A stretch of DNA of 64,000 nt from Octopus sinensis. Taxonomy: Eukaryota. The position numbers and the translations under genes were made by a program. This document shows, piece by piece, positions 25,601 to 40,600 of this stretch. A model generated the notes under the pieces. It worked only from the letters and a program-made list of their open reading frames with translations, was not told where the DNA came from and did no database searches. The stretch lies in the NCBI RefSeq assembly GCF_006345805.1, contig NW_021833020.1:1-64000 (forward strand), in the 5' to 3' direction. Within the stretch, counting starts at the first letter, position 1. Each line of letters opens with the position of its first letter.

Positions 25601-28600
25601 AGAAGAAAAACTTGTATAGATGTCTTCACTTCAGCTGAGAAGCTACTAAGGTATCAGGAAGAAAAACTTGTATAGATGTCTTTACTTCAGCTGAGAAGCT
25701 ACTAAGGTATCAGGAAGAAAAACTTGTATGGATGTCTTTACTTCAGCTGAGAAGCTACTAAGGTATCAGGAAGAAAACTTGTAAAGATGTCTTTACTTCA
25801 GCTGGAAAGCTACTAAGGTATCGAAGAAAAAATTGTATAGATGTCTTTACTTCAGCTGGGAAGCTACTAAGGTATCAGGAGAGAAAACTTGTATAGATGT
25901 CTTTACTTCAGCTGGAAGCTACTAAGGTATCAGGAAGAAAACCATGTATAGATGTCTTTACTTCAGCTGAGAAGCTACTAAGGTATAAGGAAGAAAAGCT
26001 TGTTTGAGATGACATTACTTCAGCTGGGAAGCTACTAAGGTATCAGGAAGAAAAGCTTGGATAGATGTCTTTACTTCAGCTGGGAAGCTACTAATGTACC
26101 AGGAAGAAAAGCTTGTATAGATGTCTTTACTTCAGCTGAGAAGCAACTAAGGTTTCAGGAAGAAAAACATGTATAGATGTCTTTACTTCATCTGGGAAGC
26201 TACTAAGGTATCAGGAAGAAAAACTTGTATAGATGTCTTTACTTCAGCTGAGAAGCTACTAAGGTATCAGGAAGAAAAACTTGTATAGATGTCTTTACTT
26301 CAGCTGAGAAGCTACTAAGGTATCAGGAAGAAAAACTTGTATAGATGTCTTTACTTCAGCTGGGAAGCTACTAAGGTATCAGGAAGAAAAGCTTGTATAG
26401 ATGTCTTTACTTCAATGAGAAGCTACTAAGGTATCAGGAAGAAAAACTTGTTAGAGATGTCTTTACTTCAGCTGAGAAGCTACTAAAGTATCAGGAAGAA
26501 AAACTTGTATAGATGTCTTTACTTCAGCTGGGAAGCTACTAAGGTATCAGGAAGAAAAATTTGTATAGATGTCTTTACTTCAGCTGGGAAGCTACTAAGG
26601 TATCAGGAAGAAAAACTTGTATAGATGTCTTTACTTCAGCTGGGAAGCTACTAAGGTATGAGGAAGAAAAACTTGTATAGATGTCTTTACTTCAGCTGGG
26701 AAGCTACAAATGTATCAGGAAGAAAAACTTGTATAGATGTCTTTACTTCAGCTGAGAAGCTACTAAGGTATCAGGAAGAAAAACTTGTATAGATGTCGTT
26801 ACTTCAGCTGGGAAGCTACTAAGGTATCAGGAAGAAAAACTTGTATAGATGTCTTTACTTCAGCTGAGAAGCTACGAAGGTATCAGCAAGAAAAACTTGT
26901 TAGAGATGTCTTTACTTTAGCTGAGAAGCTACTAAGGTATCAGGAAGAAAAGCTTGTATAGATGTCTTTACTTCAGCTGGGAAGCTACTAAGGTATCAGG
27001 AAGAAAAACTTGTATAGATGTCTTTACTTCAGCTGAGAAGCTACTAAGGTATCAGGAAGAAAAACTTGTATAGATGTCTTTACTTCAGCTGGGAAGCAAC
27101 TAAGGTATCAGGAAGAAAAACTTGTATAGATGTCTTTACTTCAGCTGGGAAGCTACTAAGGTATCAGGAAGAAAAACTTGTTAGAGATGTCTTTACTTCA
27201 GCTGAGAAGCTACTAAGGTATCAGGAAGACAAGCTTGTATAGATGTCTTTACTTCAGCTGGGAGGCTACTAAGGTATCAGGAAGAAAAACTTGTATAGAT
27301 GTCTTTACTTCAGCTGGGAAGCTACTAAGGTATCAAGAAGAAAAACTTGTATAGATGCCTTTACATCAGCTGAGAAGCTACTAAGGTATCAGGAAGAAAA
27401 ACTTGTATAGATGTCTTTACTTCAGCTGGGAAGCTACTAAGGTATCAGGAAGAAAAACTTGTATAGATGTCTTTACTTCAGCTGGGAAGCTACTAAGGTA
27501 TCAGGAAGAAAAACTTGTATAGATGTCTTTACTTCAGCTGGGAAGCTACTAAGGTATCAGGAAGAAAAGCTTGTATAGATGTCTTTACTTCAATGAGAAG
27601 CTACTAAGGTATCAGGAAGAAAAACTTGTTAGAGATGTCTTTACTTCAGCTGAGAAGCTACTAAGGTATCAGGAAGAAAAACTTGTATAGAAGTCTTTAC
27701 TTCAGCTGGGAAGCAACTAAGTTATCAGGAAGAAAAGCTTGTATAGATGTCTTTACTTCAGCTGGGAAGCTACTAAGGTATCAGGAAGAAAAACTTGTAT
27801 AGATGTCTTTACTTCAGCTGGGAAGCTACTAAGGTATCAGGAAGAAAAACTTCTATAGATGTCTTTACTTCAGCTGAGAAGCTACTAAGGTATCAGGAAG
27901 AAAAACTTGTTAGAGATGTCTTTACTTCAGCTGAGAAGCTACTAAGTTTCAGGAAGACAAGCTTGTAGATGTCTTTACTTCAGCTGGGAGGCTACTAAGG
28001 TATCAGGAAGAAAAACTTGTATAGATGTCTTTACTTCAGCTGGGAAGCTACTAAGGTATCAGGAAGAAAAACTTGTATAGATATCTTTACTTCAGCTGAG
28101 AAGCTACTAAGTTATAAGGAAGAAAACTCGTATAGATGTCTTTACTTCAGCTGAAAGCTACTGAGGTATCAGGAAGAAAAACTTGTATAGATGCCTTTAC
28201 TTCAGCTGGAAGCTACTAAGGTATCAGGAAGAAAAACTTGTATAGATGTCTTTACTTCAGCTGAGAAGCTACTAAGGTATCAGGAAGAAAACTTGTATAG
28301 ATGTCTTTACTTCAGCTGAAAGCTACTAAGGTATCAGGAAGAAAAGCTTGTTAGAGATGTCTTTACTTCAGCTGAGAAGCTACTAAGTTATCAGGAAGAA
28401 AAACTTGTATAGATGTCTTTACTTCAGCTGGGAAGCTACTAAGTTATCAGGAAGAAAAGCTTGTATAGATGTCTTTACTTCAGCTGAGAAGCTACTAAGG
28501 TATCAGGAAGAAAAACTTGTTAGAGATGCCTTTACTTCAGCTGAGAAGCTACTAAGGTATCAGGAAGAAAAACTTGTTAGAGATGTCTTTACTTCAGCTG

Positions 28601-31600
28601 AGAAGCTACTAATGTATCAGGAAGAAAAGCTTGTATAGATGTCTTTACTTCAGCTGGGAAGCTACGAAGGTATCAGGAAGAAAAACGTGTATAGATGTCT
28701 TTACTTCAGCTGAGAAGCTACTAAGGTATCAGGAAGAAAACTTGTATAGAGTCTCTTACTTCAGCTGGGAAGCACTAAGTTATCAGGAAGAAAAGCTTGT
28801 ATAGATGTCTTTACTTCAGCTGGGAAGCTACTAAGGTATCAGGAAGAAAAACTTGTATAGATGTCTTTACTTCAGCTGGGAAGCTACTAAGGTATCAGGA
28901 AGAAAAACTTCTATAGATGTCTTTACTTCAGCTGAGAAGCTACTAAGGTATCAGGAAGAAAAACTTGTTAGAGATGTCTTTACTTCAGCTGAGAAGCTAC
29001 TAAGGTTTCAGGAAGACAAGCTTGTATAGATGTCTTTACTTCAGCTGGGAGGCTACTAAGGTATCAGGAAGAAAAACTTGTATAGATGTCTTTACTTCAG
29101 CTGGGAAGCTACTAAGGTATCAGGAAGAAAAACTTGTATAGATATCTTTACTTCAGCTGAGAAGCTACTAAGTTATAAGGAAGAAAAACTCGTATAGATG
29201 TCTTTACTTCAGCTGAAAAGCTACTGAGGTATCAGGAAGAAAAACTTGTATAGATGCCTTTACTTCAGCTGGGAAGCTACTAAGGTATCAGGAAGAAAAA
29301 CTTGTATAGATGTCTTTACTTCAGCTGAGAAGCTACTAATGTATCAGGAAGAAAAACTTGTATAGATGTCTTTACTTCAGCTGAGAAGCTACTAAGGTAT
29401 CAGGAAGAAAAGCTTGTTAGAGATGTCTTTACTTCAGCTGAGAAGCTACTAAGTTATCAGGAAGAAAAACTTGTATAGATGTCTTTACTTCAGCTGGGAA
29501 GCTACTAAGTTATCAGGAAGAAAAGCTTGTATAGATGTCTTTACTTCAGCTGAGAAGCTACTAAGGTATCAGGAAGAAAAACTTGTTAGAGATACCTTTA
29601 CTTCAGCTGAGAAGCTACTAAGGTATCAGGAAGAAAAACTTGTTAGAGATGTCTTTACTTCAGCTGAGAAGCTACTAATGTATCAGGAAGAAAAGCTTGT
29701 ATAGATGTCTTTACTTCAGCTGGGAAGCTACGAAGGTATCAGGAAGAAAAACGTGTATAGATGTCTTTACTTCAGCTGAGAAGCTACTAAGGTATCAGGA
29801 AGAAAAACTTGTATAGATGTCTTTACTTCAGCTGGGAAGCAACTAATGTATCAGGAAGAAAAACTTGTATAGATGTCTTTACTTCAGCTGGGAAGCTACT
29901 AAGGTATCAGGAAGAAAAACTTGTATAGATGTCTTTACTTCAGCTGAGAAGCTACTAAGGTATCAGGAAGAAAAACTTGTATAGATGTCTTGACTTCAGC
30001 TGAGAAGCTACTAAGGTATCAGGAAGAAAAACTTGTAAAGATGTCTTTACTTCAGCTGGAAAGCTACTAAGGTACCAGGAAGAAAAAGTTGCATAGATGT
30101 CTTTACTTCGGCTGGGAAGCTACTAAGGTATCAGGAAGAAAAACTTGTAAAGATGTCTTTACTTCAGCTGGAAAGCTACTAAGGTATCAGGAAGAAAAAC
30201 TTGTATAGATGTCTTTACTTCAGCTGGGAAGCTACTAAGGTATCAGGAAGAAAAACCTGTATAGATGTCTTTACTTCAGCTGAGAAGCTACTAAGATATC
30301 AGGAAGAAAAGCTTGTGAGAGATGTCTTTACTTCAGCTGAGAAGCTACTAAGGTATCAGGAAGAAAAACTTGTTAGAGATGTCTTTACTTCAGCTGAGAA
30401 GCTACTAAGGTATCAGGAAGAAAACTTGTTAGAGATGTCTTTACTTCAGCTGAGAAGCTACTAAGGTATCAGAAGAAAAGCTTGTATAGATGTCTTTACT
30501 TCAGCTGGGAAGCTACTAATGTATCAGGAAGAAAACTTGTATAGATGTCTTTACTTCAGCTGAGAAGCTACTAAGTTATCAGGAAGAAAAACTTGTAAAG
30601 ATGTCTTTACTTCAGCTGGAAAGCTACTAAGGTATCAGGAAGAAAAACTTTTATAGGTGTCTTTACTTCTGCTGAGAAGCTACTAAGGTATCAGGAAGAA
30701 AAACTTGTATAGATGTCTTTACTTCAGCTGAGAAGCTACTAAGGTATCAGGAAGAAAAACTTGTATAGATGTCTTTACTTCAGCTGAGAAGCTACTAAGG
30801 TATCAGGAAGTAAAGCTTGTTAGAGATGTCTTTACTTCAGCTGAGAAGCTACTAAGTTATCAGGAAGAAAAACTTGTAAAGATGTCTTTACTTCAGCTGG
30901 GGAGCTACTAAGGTATCAGGAAGAAAACCTTGTATAGATGTCTTTACTTCAGCTGAGAAGCTACTAAGGTATCAGGAAGAAAAACTTGTTAGAGATGCCT
31001 TTACTTCAGCTGAGAAGCTACTAAGGTATCAGGAAGAAAAACTTGTTAGAGATGTCTTTACTTCAGCTGAGAAGCTACTAGGTATCAGGAAGAAAAGCTT
31101 GTATAGATGTCTTTACTTCAGCTGGGAAGCAACAAAGTCATCAGGAAGAAAACGTTATAGATGTCTTTACTTCAGCTGAGAAGCTACTAAGGTATCAGGA
31201 AGAAAAACTTGTATAGATGTCTTTACTTCAGCTGGGAAGCAACTAAGGTATCAGGAAGAAAAACTTGTATAGATGTCTTTACTTCAGCTGGAAGCTACTA
31301 AGGTATCAGGAAGAAAAACTTGTATAGATGTCTTTACTTCAGCTGAGAAGCTACTAAGTTATCAGGAAGAAAAACTTGTATAGATGTCTTTACTTCAGCT
31401 GAGAAGCTACTAAGGTATCAGGAAGAAAACTTGTATAGATGTCTTTACTTCAGCTGAGAAGCTACTAAGGTATCAGAAGAAACTTGTAAAGTTGTCTTTA
31501 CTTCTGCTGGAAAGCTACTAAGGTATCAGGAAGAAAAACTTGTATAGATGTCCTTACTTCAGCTGGGAAGCTACTAAGGTATCAGGAAGAAAACTTGTTA

Positions 31601-34600
31601 GAGATGTCTTTACTTCATCAGCTGAGAAGCTACTAAGTTATCAGGAAGAAAAACTTGTATAGATGTCTTTACTTCAGCTGGGAAGCTACTAAGTTATCAG
31701 GAAGAAAAGCTTGTATAGATGTCTTTACTTCACTGCTGAGAAGCTACTAAGGTATCAGGAAGAAAAACTTGTTAGAGATGCTTTACTTCAGCTGAGAAGC
31801 TACTAAGGTATCAGGAGAAAAACTTGTTAGAGATGTCTTTACTTCAGCTGAGAAGCTACTAATGTATCAGGAAGAAAAGCTTGTATAGATGTCTTACTTC
31901 AGCTGGGAAGCTACGAAGGTATCAGGAAGAAAAACGTGTATAGATGTCTTTACTTCAGCTGAGAAGCTACTAAGGTATCAGGAAGAAAAACTTGTATAGA
32001 TGTCTTTACTTCAGCTGGGAAGCAACTAAGGTATCAGGAAGAAAAACTTGTATAGATGTCTTTACTTCAGCTGGGAAGCTACTAAGGTATCAGGAAGAAA
32101 AACTTGTATAGATGTCTTTACTTCAGCTGAGAAGCTACTAAGGTATCAGGAAGAAAAACTTGTATAGATTTCTTTACTTCAGCTGAGAAGCTACTAAGGT
32201 ATCAGGAAGAAAAACTTGTAAAGATGTCTTTACTTCAGCTGGAAAGCTACTAAGGTACCAGGAAGAAAAAGTTGCATAGATGTCTTTACTTCGGCTGGGA
32301 AGCTACTAAGGTATCAGGAAGAAAAACTTGTAAAGATGTCTTTACTTCAGCTGGAAAGCTACTAAGGTATCAGGAAGAAAAACTTGTATAGATGTCTTTA
32401 CTTCAGCTGAGAAGCTACTAAGGTATCAGGAAGAAAAACCTGTATAGATGTCTTTACTTCAGCTGAGAAGCTACTAAGATATCAGGAAGAAAAGCTTGTG
32501 AGAGATGTCTTTACTTCAGCTGAGAAGCTACTAAGGTATCAGGAAGAAAAACTTGTTAGAGATGTCTTTACTTCAGCTGAGAAGCTACTAAGGTATCAGG
32601 AAGAAAAACTTGTTCGAGATGTCTTTACTTCAGCTGAGAAGCTACTAAGGTATCAGGAAGAAAAGCTTGTATAGATGTCTTTACTTCAGCTGGGAAGCTA
32701 CTAATGTATCAGGAAGAAAAACTTGTATAGATGTCTTTACTTCAGCTGAGAAGCTACTAAGTTATCAGGAAGAAAAACTTGTAAAGATGTCTTTACTTCA
32801 GCTGGAAAGCTACTAAGGTATCAGGAAGAAAAACTTTTATAGGTGTCTTTACTTCTGCTGAGAAGCTACTAAGGTATCAGGAAGAAAAACTTGTATAGAT
32901 GTCTTTACTTCAGCTGAGAAGCTACTAAGGTATCAGGAAGAAAAACTTGTATAGATGTCTTTACTTCAGCTGAGAAGCTACTAAGTATCAGGAAGTAAAG
33001 CTTGTTAGAGATGTCTTTACTTCAGCTGAGAAGCTACTAAGTTATCAGGAAGAAAAACTTGTAAAGATGTCTTTACTTCAGCTGGGGAGCTACTAAGGTA
33101 TCAGGAAGAAAACCTTGTATAGATGTCTTTACTTCAGCTGAGAAGCTACTAAGGTATCAGGAAGAAAAACTTGTTAGAGATGCCTTTACTTCAGCTGAGA
33201 AGCTACTAAGGTATCAGGAAGAAAAACTTGTTAGAGATGTCTTTACTTCAGCTGAGAAGCTACTAAGGTATCAGGAAGAAAAGCTTGTATAGATGTCTTT
33301 ACTTCAGCTGGGAACCAACAAAGGCATCAGGAAGAAAAACGTGTATAGATGTCTTTACTTCAGCTGAGAAGCTACTAAGGTATCAGGAAGAAAAACTTGT
33401 ATAGATGTCTTTACTTCAGCTGGGAAGCAACTAAGGTATCAGGAAGAAAAACTTGTATAGATGTCTTTACTTCAGCTGGGAAGCTACTAAGGTATCAGGA
33501 AGAAAAACTTGTATAGATGTCTTTACTTCAGCTGAGAAGCTACTAAGTTATCAGGAAGAAAAACTTGTATAGATGTCTTTACTTCAGCTGAGAAGCTACT
33601 AAGGTATCAGGAAGAAAAACTTGTACAGATGTCTTTACTTCAGCTGAGAAGCTACTAAGGTATCAGGAAGAAAAACTTGTAAAGTTGTCTTTACTTCTGC
33701 TGGAAGCTACTAAGGTATCAGGAAGAAAAACTTGTATAGATGTCTTTACTTCAGCTGGGAAGCTACTAAGGTATCAGGAAGAAAAACTTGTAAAGATGTC
33801 TTTACTTCAGCTGGGAAGCTACTAATGTATCAGGAAGAAAAACTTGTATAGATGTCTTTACTTCAGCTGAGAAGCTACTAAGACATCAGGAAGAAAAGCT
33901 TGTGAGGATGTCTTTACTTCAGCTGAGAAACTACTAAGTTATCAGGAAGAAAAACTTGTTAGAGAGTCTTTACTTCAGCTGAGAAGCTACTAGGTATCAG
34001 GAAGAAAAACTTGTTAGAGATGTCTTTACTTCAGCTGAGAAGCTACTAAGGTATCAGGAAGAAAAGCTTGTATAGATGTCTTTACTTCAGCTGGGAAGCT
34101 ACTAATGTATCAGAAGAAAAACTTGTATAGATGTCTTTACTTCAGCTGAGAAGCTACTAAGGTATCAGGAAGAAAAACTTGTAAGATGTCTTTACTTCAG
34201 CTGGAAAGCTACTAAGGTATCAGGAAGAAAAACTTTTATAGGTGTCTTTACTTCTGCTGAGAAGCTACTAAGGTATCAGGAAGAAAAACTTGTATAGATG
34301 TCTTTACTTCAGCTGAGAAGCTACTAAGGTATCAGGAAGAAAAACTTGTATAGATGTCTTTACTTCAGCTGAGAAGCTACTAAGGTATCAGGAAGTAAAG
34401 CTTGTTAGAGATGTCTTTACTTCAGCTGAGAAGCTACTAAGTTATCAGGAAGAAAAACTTGTAAAGATGTCTTTACTTCAGCTGGGGAGCTACTAAGGTA
34501 TCAGGAAGAAAACCTTGTATAGATGTCTTTACTTCAGCTGAGAAGCTACTAAGGTATCAGGAAGAAAAACTTGTTAGAGATGCCTTTACTTCAGCTGAGA

Positions 34601-37600
34601 AGCTACTAAGGTATCAGGAAGAAAAACTTGTTAGAGATGTCTTTACTTCAGCTGAGAAGCTACTAAGGTATCAGGAAGAAAAGCTTGTATAGATGTCTTT
34701 ACTTCAGCTGGGAAGCAACAAAGGTATCAGGAAGAAAAACTTGTATAGATGTCTTTACTTCAGCTGAGAAGCTACTAAGGTATCAGGAAGAAAAACTTGT
34801 ATAGATGTCTTTACTTCAGCTGGGAAGCAACTAAGGTATCAGGAAGAAAAACTTGTATAGATGTCTTTACTTCAGCTGGGAAGCTACTAAGGTATCAGGA
34901 AGAAAAACTTGTATAGATGTCTTTACTTCAGCTGAGAAGCTACTAAGTTATCAGGAAGAAAAACTTGTATAGATGTCTTTACTTCAGCTGAGAAGCTACT
35001 AAGGTATCAGGAAGAAAAACTTGTATAGATGTCTTTACTTCAGCTGAGAAGCTACTAAGGTATCAGGAAGAAAAACTTGTAAAGTTGTCTTTACTTCTGC
35101 TGGAAAGCTACTAAGGTATCAGGAAGAAAAACTTGTATAGATGTCTTTACTTCAGCTGGGAAGCTACTAAGGTATCAGGAAGAAAAACTTGTAAAGATGT
35201 CTTTACTTCAGCTGGGAAGCTACTAATGTATCAGGAAGAAAAACTTGTATAGATGTCTTTACTTCAGCTGAGAAGCTACTAAGACATCAGGAAGAAAAGC
35301 TTGTGAGAGATGTCTTTACTTCAGCTGAGAAACTACTAAGTTATCAGGAAGAAAAACTTGTTAGAGACGTCTTTACTTCAGCTGAGAAGCTACTAAGGTA
35401 TCAGGAAGAAAAACTTGTTAGAGATGTCTTTACTTCAGCTGAGAAGCTACTAAGGTATCAGGAAGAAAAGCTTGTATAGATGTCTTTACTTCAGCTGGGA
35501 AGCTACTAAGGTATCAGGAAGAAAAACTTGTATAGATGTCTGTAGTTCAGCTGAGAAGCTACTAAGGCATCAGGAAGAAAAACTTGTAAAGATGTCTTTA
35601 CTTCAGCTGGAAAGCTACTAAGGTATCAGGAAGAAAAACTTTTATAGGTGTCTTTACTTCTGCTGAGAAGCTACTAAGGTATCAGGAAGAAAAACTTGTA
35701 TAGAGGTCTTTACTTAATCTGGGAAGCTACTAAGGTATCAGGAAGAAAAGCTTGTATAGATGTCTTTACTTCAGCTGAGAAGCTACTAAGGTATCAGGAA
35801 GAAAAACTTGTATAGATGTCTTTACTTCAGCTGAGAAGCTACTAAGGTATCAGGAAGAAAAACTTGTATAGATGTCTTTACTTCAGCTGGGAAGCTACCA
35901 AGGTATCAGGAAAAAAAACTTGTATAGATGTCTTTACTTTAGCTGAGAATCTACTAAGGTATCAGGAAGAAAAACTTGCATAGATGTCTTTACTTCAGCT
36001 CAGAAGCTACTAAGGTATCAGGAAGAAAAACTTGTAAAGATGTCTTTACTTCAGCTGGAAAGCTACTAAGGTATCAGGAAGAAAAAGTTGTATAGATGTC
36101 TTTACTTCAGCTGGGAAGCTACTAAGGTATCAGGAAGAAAAACTTGTAAAGATGTCTTTACTTCAGCTGGAAAGCTACTAAGGTATCAGGAAGAAAAACT
36201 TGTATAGATGTCTTTACTTCAGCTGGGAAGCTACTAAGGTATCAGGAAGAAAAACTTGTATAGATGTCTTTACTTCAGCTTGGAAGCTACTAAGGTATCA
36301 GGAAGAAAAACTCGTATAGATGCCTTTACTTCAGCTGAGAAGCTACTAAGATATCAGGAAGAAAATCTTGTGAGAGATGTCTTTACTTCAGCTGAGAAGC
36401 TACTAAGTTATCAGGAAGAAAAACTTGTAAAGATGTCTTTACTTCAGCTGGGAAGCTACTAAGGTATCAGGAAGAAAACCTTGTATAGATGTCTTTACTT
36501 CAGCTGAGAAGCTACTAAGGTATCAGGAAGAAAAACTTGTATAGATGTCTTTACTTCAGCTGAGAAGCTACTAAGGTATCAGGAAGAAAAACTTGTATAG
36601 ATGTCTTTACTTCAGCTGAGAAGCTACTAAGGTATCAGGAAGAAAAACTTGTAAAGATGTCTTTACTTCAGCTGGAAAGCTACTAAGGTATCAGGAAGAA
36701 AAAGTTGTATAGATGTCTTTACTTCAGCTGGGAAGCTACTAAGGTATCAGGAAGAAAAACTTGTAAAGATGTCTTTACTTCAGCTGGAAAGCTACTAAGG
36801 TATCAGGAAGAAAAACTTGTATAGATGTCTTTACTTCAGCTGGGAAGCTACTAAGGTATCAGGAAGAAAAACTTGTATAGATGTCTTTACTTCAGCTGAG
36901 AAGCTACTAAGATATCAGGAAGAAAAGCTTGTGAGAGATGTCTCTACTTCAGCTGAGAAACTACTAAGGTATCAGGAAGAAAAACTTGTTAGAGATGTCT
37001 TTACTTCAGCTGAGAAGCTACTAAGGTATCAGGAAGAAAAATCTGTTAGAGATGTCTTTACTTCAGCTGAGAAGCTACTAAGGTATCAGGAAGAAAAGCT
37101 TGTATAGAAGTCTTTACTTCAGCTGGGAAGCTACTAAGTTATCAGGAAGAAAAACTTGTAAAGATGTCTTTACTTCAGCTGAGAAGCTACTAAGGTATCA
37201 GGAAGAAAAACTTGTATAGATGTCTTTACTTCAGCTGAGAAGCTACTAAGGTATCAGGAAGAAAAGCTTGTAAAGATGTCTTTACTTCAGCTGGGAAGCT
37301 ACTAAGGTATCAGGAAGAAAACCTTGTATAGATGTCTTTACTTCAGCTGAGAAGCTACTAAGTTATCAGGAAGAAAAACTTGTTAGAGATGCCTTTACTT
37401 CAGCTGAGAAGCTACTAAGGTATCAGGAAGAAAAACTTGTTAGAGATGTCTTTACTTCAGCTGAGAAGCTACTAAGGTATCAGGAAGAAAAGCTTGTATA
37501 GATGTCTTTACTTCAGCTGGGAAGCTACTAAGTTATCAGGAAGAAAAACGTGTATAGATGTCTTTACTTCAGCTGAGAAGCTACTAAGGTATCAGGAAGA

Positions 37601-40600
37601 AAAACTTGTATAGATGTCTTTACTTCAGCTGGGAAGCAACTAAGTTATCAGGAAGAAAAACTTGTATAGATGTCTTTACTTCAGCTGGGAAGCTACTAAG
37701 GTATCAGGAAGAAAAACTTGTATAGATGTCTTTACTTCAGCTGAGAAGCTACTAAGGTATCGGGAAGAAAAACTTGTATAGATGTCTTTACTTCAGCTGA
37801 GAAGCTACTAAGGTATCAGGAAGAAAAACTTGTATAGATGTCTTTACTTCAGCTGAGAAGCTACTAAGGTATCAGGAAGACAAACTTGTAAAGATGTCTT
37901 TACTTCAGCTGGAAAGCTACTAAGGTATCAGGAAGAAAAACTTGTATAGATGTCTTTACTTCAGCTGGGAAGCTACTAAGGTATCAGGAAGAAAAACTTG
38001 TAAAGATTTCTTTACTTCAGCTGGGAAGCTACTAAGGTATCAGGAAGAAAAACTTGTATAGATGTCTTTACTTCAGCTGAGAAGCTACTAAGATATCAGG
38101 AAGAAAAGCTTGTGAGAGATGTCTTTACTTCAGCTGAGAAGCTACTAAGTTATCAGGAAGAAAAACTTGTTAGAGGTGTCTTTACTTCAGCTGAGAAGCT
38201 ACTAAGGTATCAGGAAGAAAAACTTGTTAGAGATGTCTTTACTTCAGCTGAGAAGCTACTAATGTATCAGGAAGAAAAGCTTGTATAGATGTCTTTACTT
38301 CAGCTGGGAAGCTACTAAGGTATCAGGAAGAAAAACTTGTATAGATGTCTGTAGTTCAGCTGAGAACCTACTAAGGTATCAGGAAGAAAAACTTTTATAG
38401 GTGTCTTTACTTCTGCTGAGAAGCTACTAAGGTATCAGGAAGAAAACCTTGTATAGATGTCTTTACTTCATCTGGGAAGCTACTAAGGTATCATGAAGAA
38501 AAGCTTGTATAGATGTCTTTACTTCAGCTGAGAAGCTACTAAGGTATCCGGAAGAAAAACTTGTATAGATATCTTTACTTCAGCTGAGAAGCTACTAAGG
38601 TATCAGGAAGAAAAACTTGTATAGATGTCTTTACTTCAGCTGGGAAGCTACCAAGGCATCCGGAAAAAAAACTTGTATAGATGTCTTTACTTCAGCTGAG
38701 AAGCTACTAAGGTATCAGGAAGAAAAACTTGTATAGATGTCTTTACTTCAGCTGGGAAGCTACTAAGGTATCAGGAAGAAAAACTTGTATAGATGTCTTT
38801 ACTTCAGCTGAGAAGCTACTAAGGTATCAGGAAGAAAAACTTGTATAGATGTCTTTACTTCAGCTGGGAAGCTACTAAGGTATCAGGAAGAAAAACTTGT
38901 ATAGATGTCTTTACTTCAGCTGAGAAGCTACTAAGGTATCAGGAAGAAAACCTTGTATAGAAGTCTTTACTTCAGCTGGAAAGCTACTAAGGTATCAGGA
39001 AAAAAACTTGTATAGATGTCTTTACTTCAGCTGAGAAGCTACTAAGGTATCAGGAAGAATAACTCGTATAGATGTCTTTACTTCAGCTGGGAAGCTACTA
39101 AGGTATCAGGAAGAAAACCTTGTATAGATGTCTTTACTTTACTTCAGCTGAGAAGCTACTAAGGTATCAGGAAGAAAAACTTGTATAGATGTCTTTACTT
39201 CAGCTGGAAGCTACTAAGGTATCAGGAAGAAAAACTTGTATAGATGTCTTTACTTCAGCTGAGAAGCTACTAAGGTATCAGGAAGAAAACCTTGTATAGA
39301 AGTCTTTACTTCAGCTGGAAAGCTACTAAGGTATCAGGAAGAAAAACTTGTATAGATGTCTTTACTTCAGCTGGAAAGCTACTAAGGTATCAGGAAGAAT
39401 AACTCGTATAGATGTCTTTACTTCAGCTGGGAAGCTACTAAGGCATCAGGAAGAAAAGCTTGTATAGATGTCTTTACTTCAGCTGGGAAGCTACTAAGGT
39501 ATCAGGAAGAAAAACGTGTATAGATGTCTTTACTTCAGCTGAGAAGCTACTAAGGTATCAGGAAGAAAAACTTGTATAGATGTCTTTACTTCAGCTGGGA
39601 AGCAACTAAGTTATCAGGAAGAAAAACTGTATAGATGTCTTTACTTCAGCTGGGAAGCTACTAAGGTATCAGGAAAAAAAACTTGTATAGATGTCTTTAC
39701 TTCAGCTGAGAAGCTACTAAGGTATCAGAAGAAAAACTTGTATAGATGTCTTTACTTCAGCTGAGAAGTTACTAAGGTATCAGGAAGAAAAACTTTATAG
39801 ATGTCTTTACTTCAGCTGAGAAGCTACTAAGGTATCAGGAAGAAAAACTTGTATAGATGTCTTTACTTCAGCTGGAAAGCTACTAAGGTATCAGGAAGAA
39901 AAACTTGTATAGATGTCTTTACTTCAGCTGGGAAGCTACTAAGGTATCAGGAAGAAAAACTTGTAAAGATGTCTTTACTTCAGCTGGAAAGCCACTAAAG
40001 TATCAGGAAGAAAAACTTGTATAGATGTCTTTACTTCAGCTGGGAAGCTACTAAGTTATCAGGAAGAAAAACTTGTATAGATGTCTTTACTTCAGTTGGG
40101 AAGCTACTAAGGTATCAGGAAGAAAAACTTGTATAGATGTCTTTACTTCAGCTGAGAATCTACTAAGATATCAGGAAGAAAAGCTTGTGAGAGATGTCTT
40201 TACTTCAGCTGAGAAACTACTAAGGTATCAGGAAGAAAAACCTGTTAGAGATGTCTTTACTTCAGCTGAGAAGCTACTAAGGTATCAGGAAGAAAAACTT
40301 GTTAGAGATGTCTTTACTTCAGCTGAGAAGCTACTAAGGTATCAGGCAGAAAAGCTTGTATAGATGTCTTTACTTCAGCTGGGAAGCTACTAAGGTATCA
40401 GGAAGAAAAATTTGTATAGATGTCTTTACTTCAGCTGAGAAGCTACTAAGGTATCAGGAAGAAAAACTTGTAAAGATGTCTTTACTTCAGCTGGAAAGCT
40501 ACTAAGGCATCAGGAAGAAAAACTTTTATAGGTGTCTTTACTTCTGCTGAGAAGCTACTAATGTATCAGGAAGAAAACCTTGTATAGATGTCTTTACTTC

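Noticed and set aside
18200-34200. Patches of 1-nt indels in monomers (aagtatcagg, ctggaagc, shortened A-runs)
   Set aside because: They cluster at homopolymers and in discrete stretches, typical of long-read consensus error, so they were not used as biological variants.
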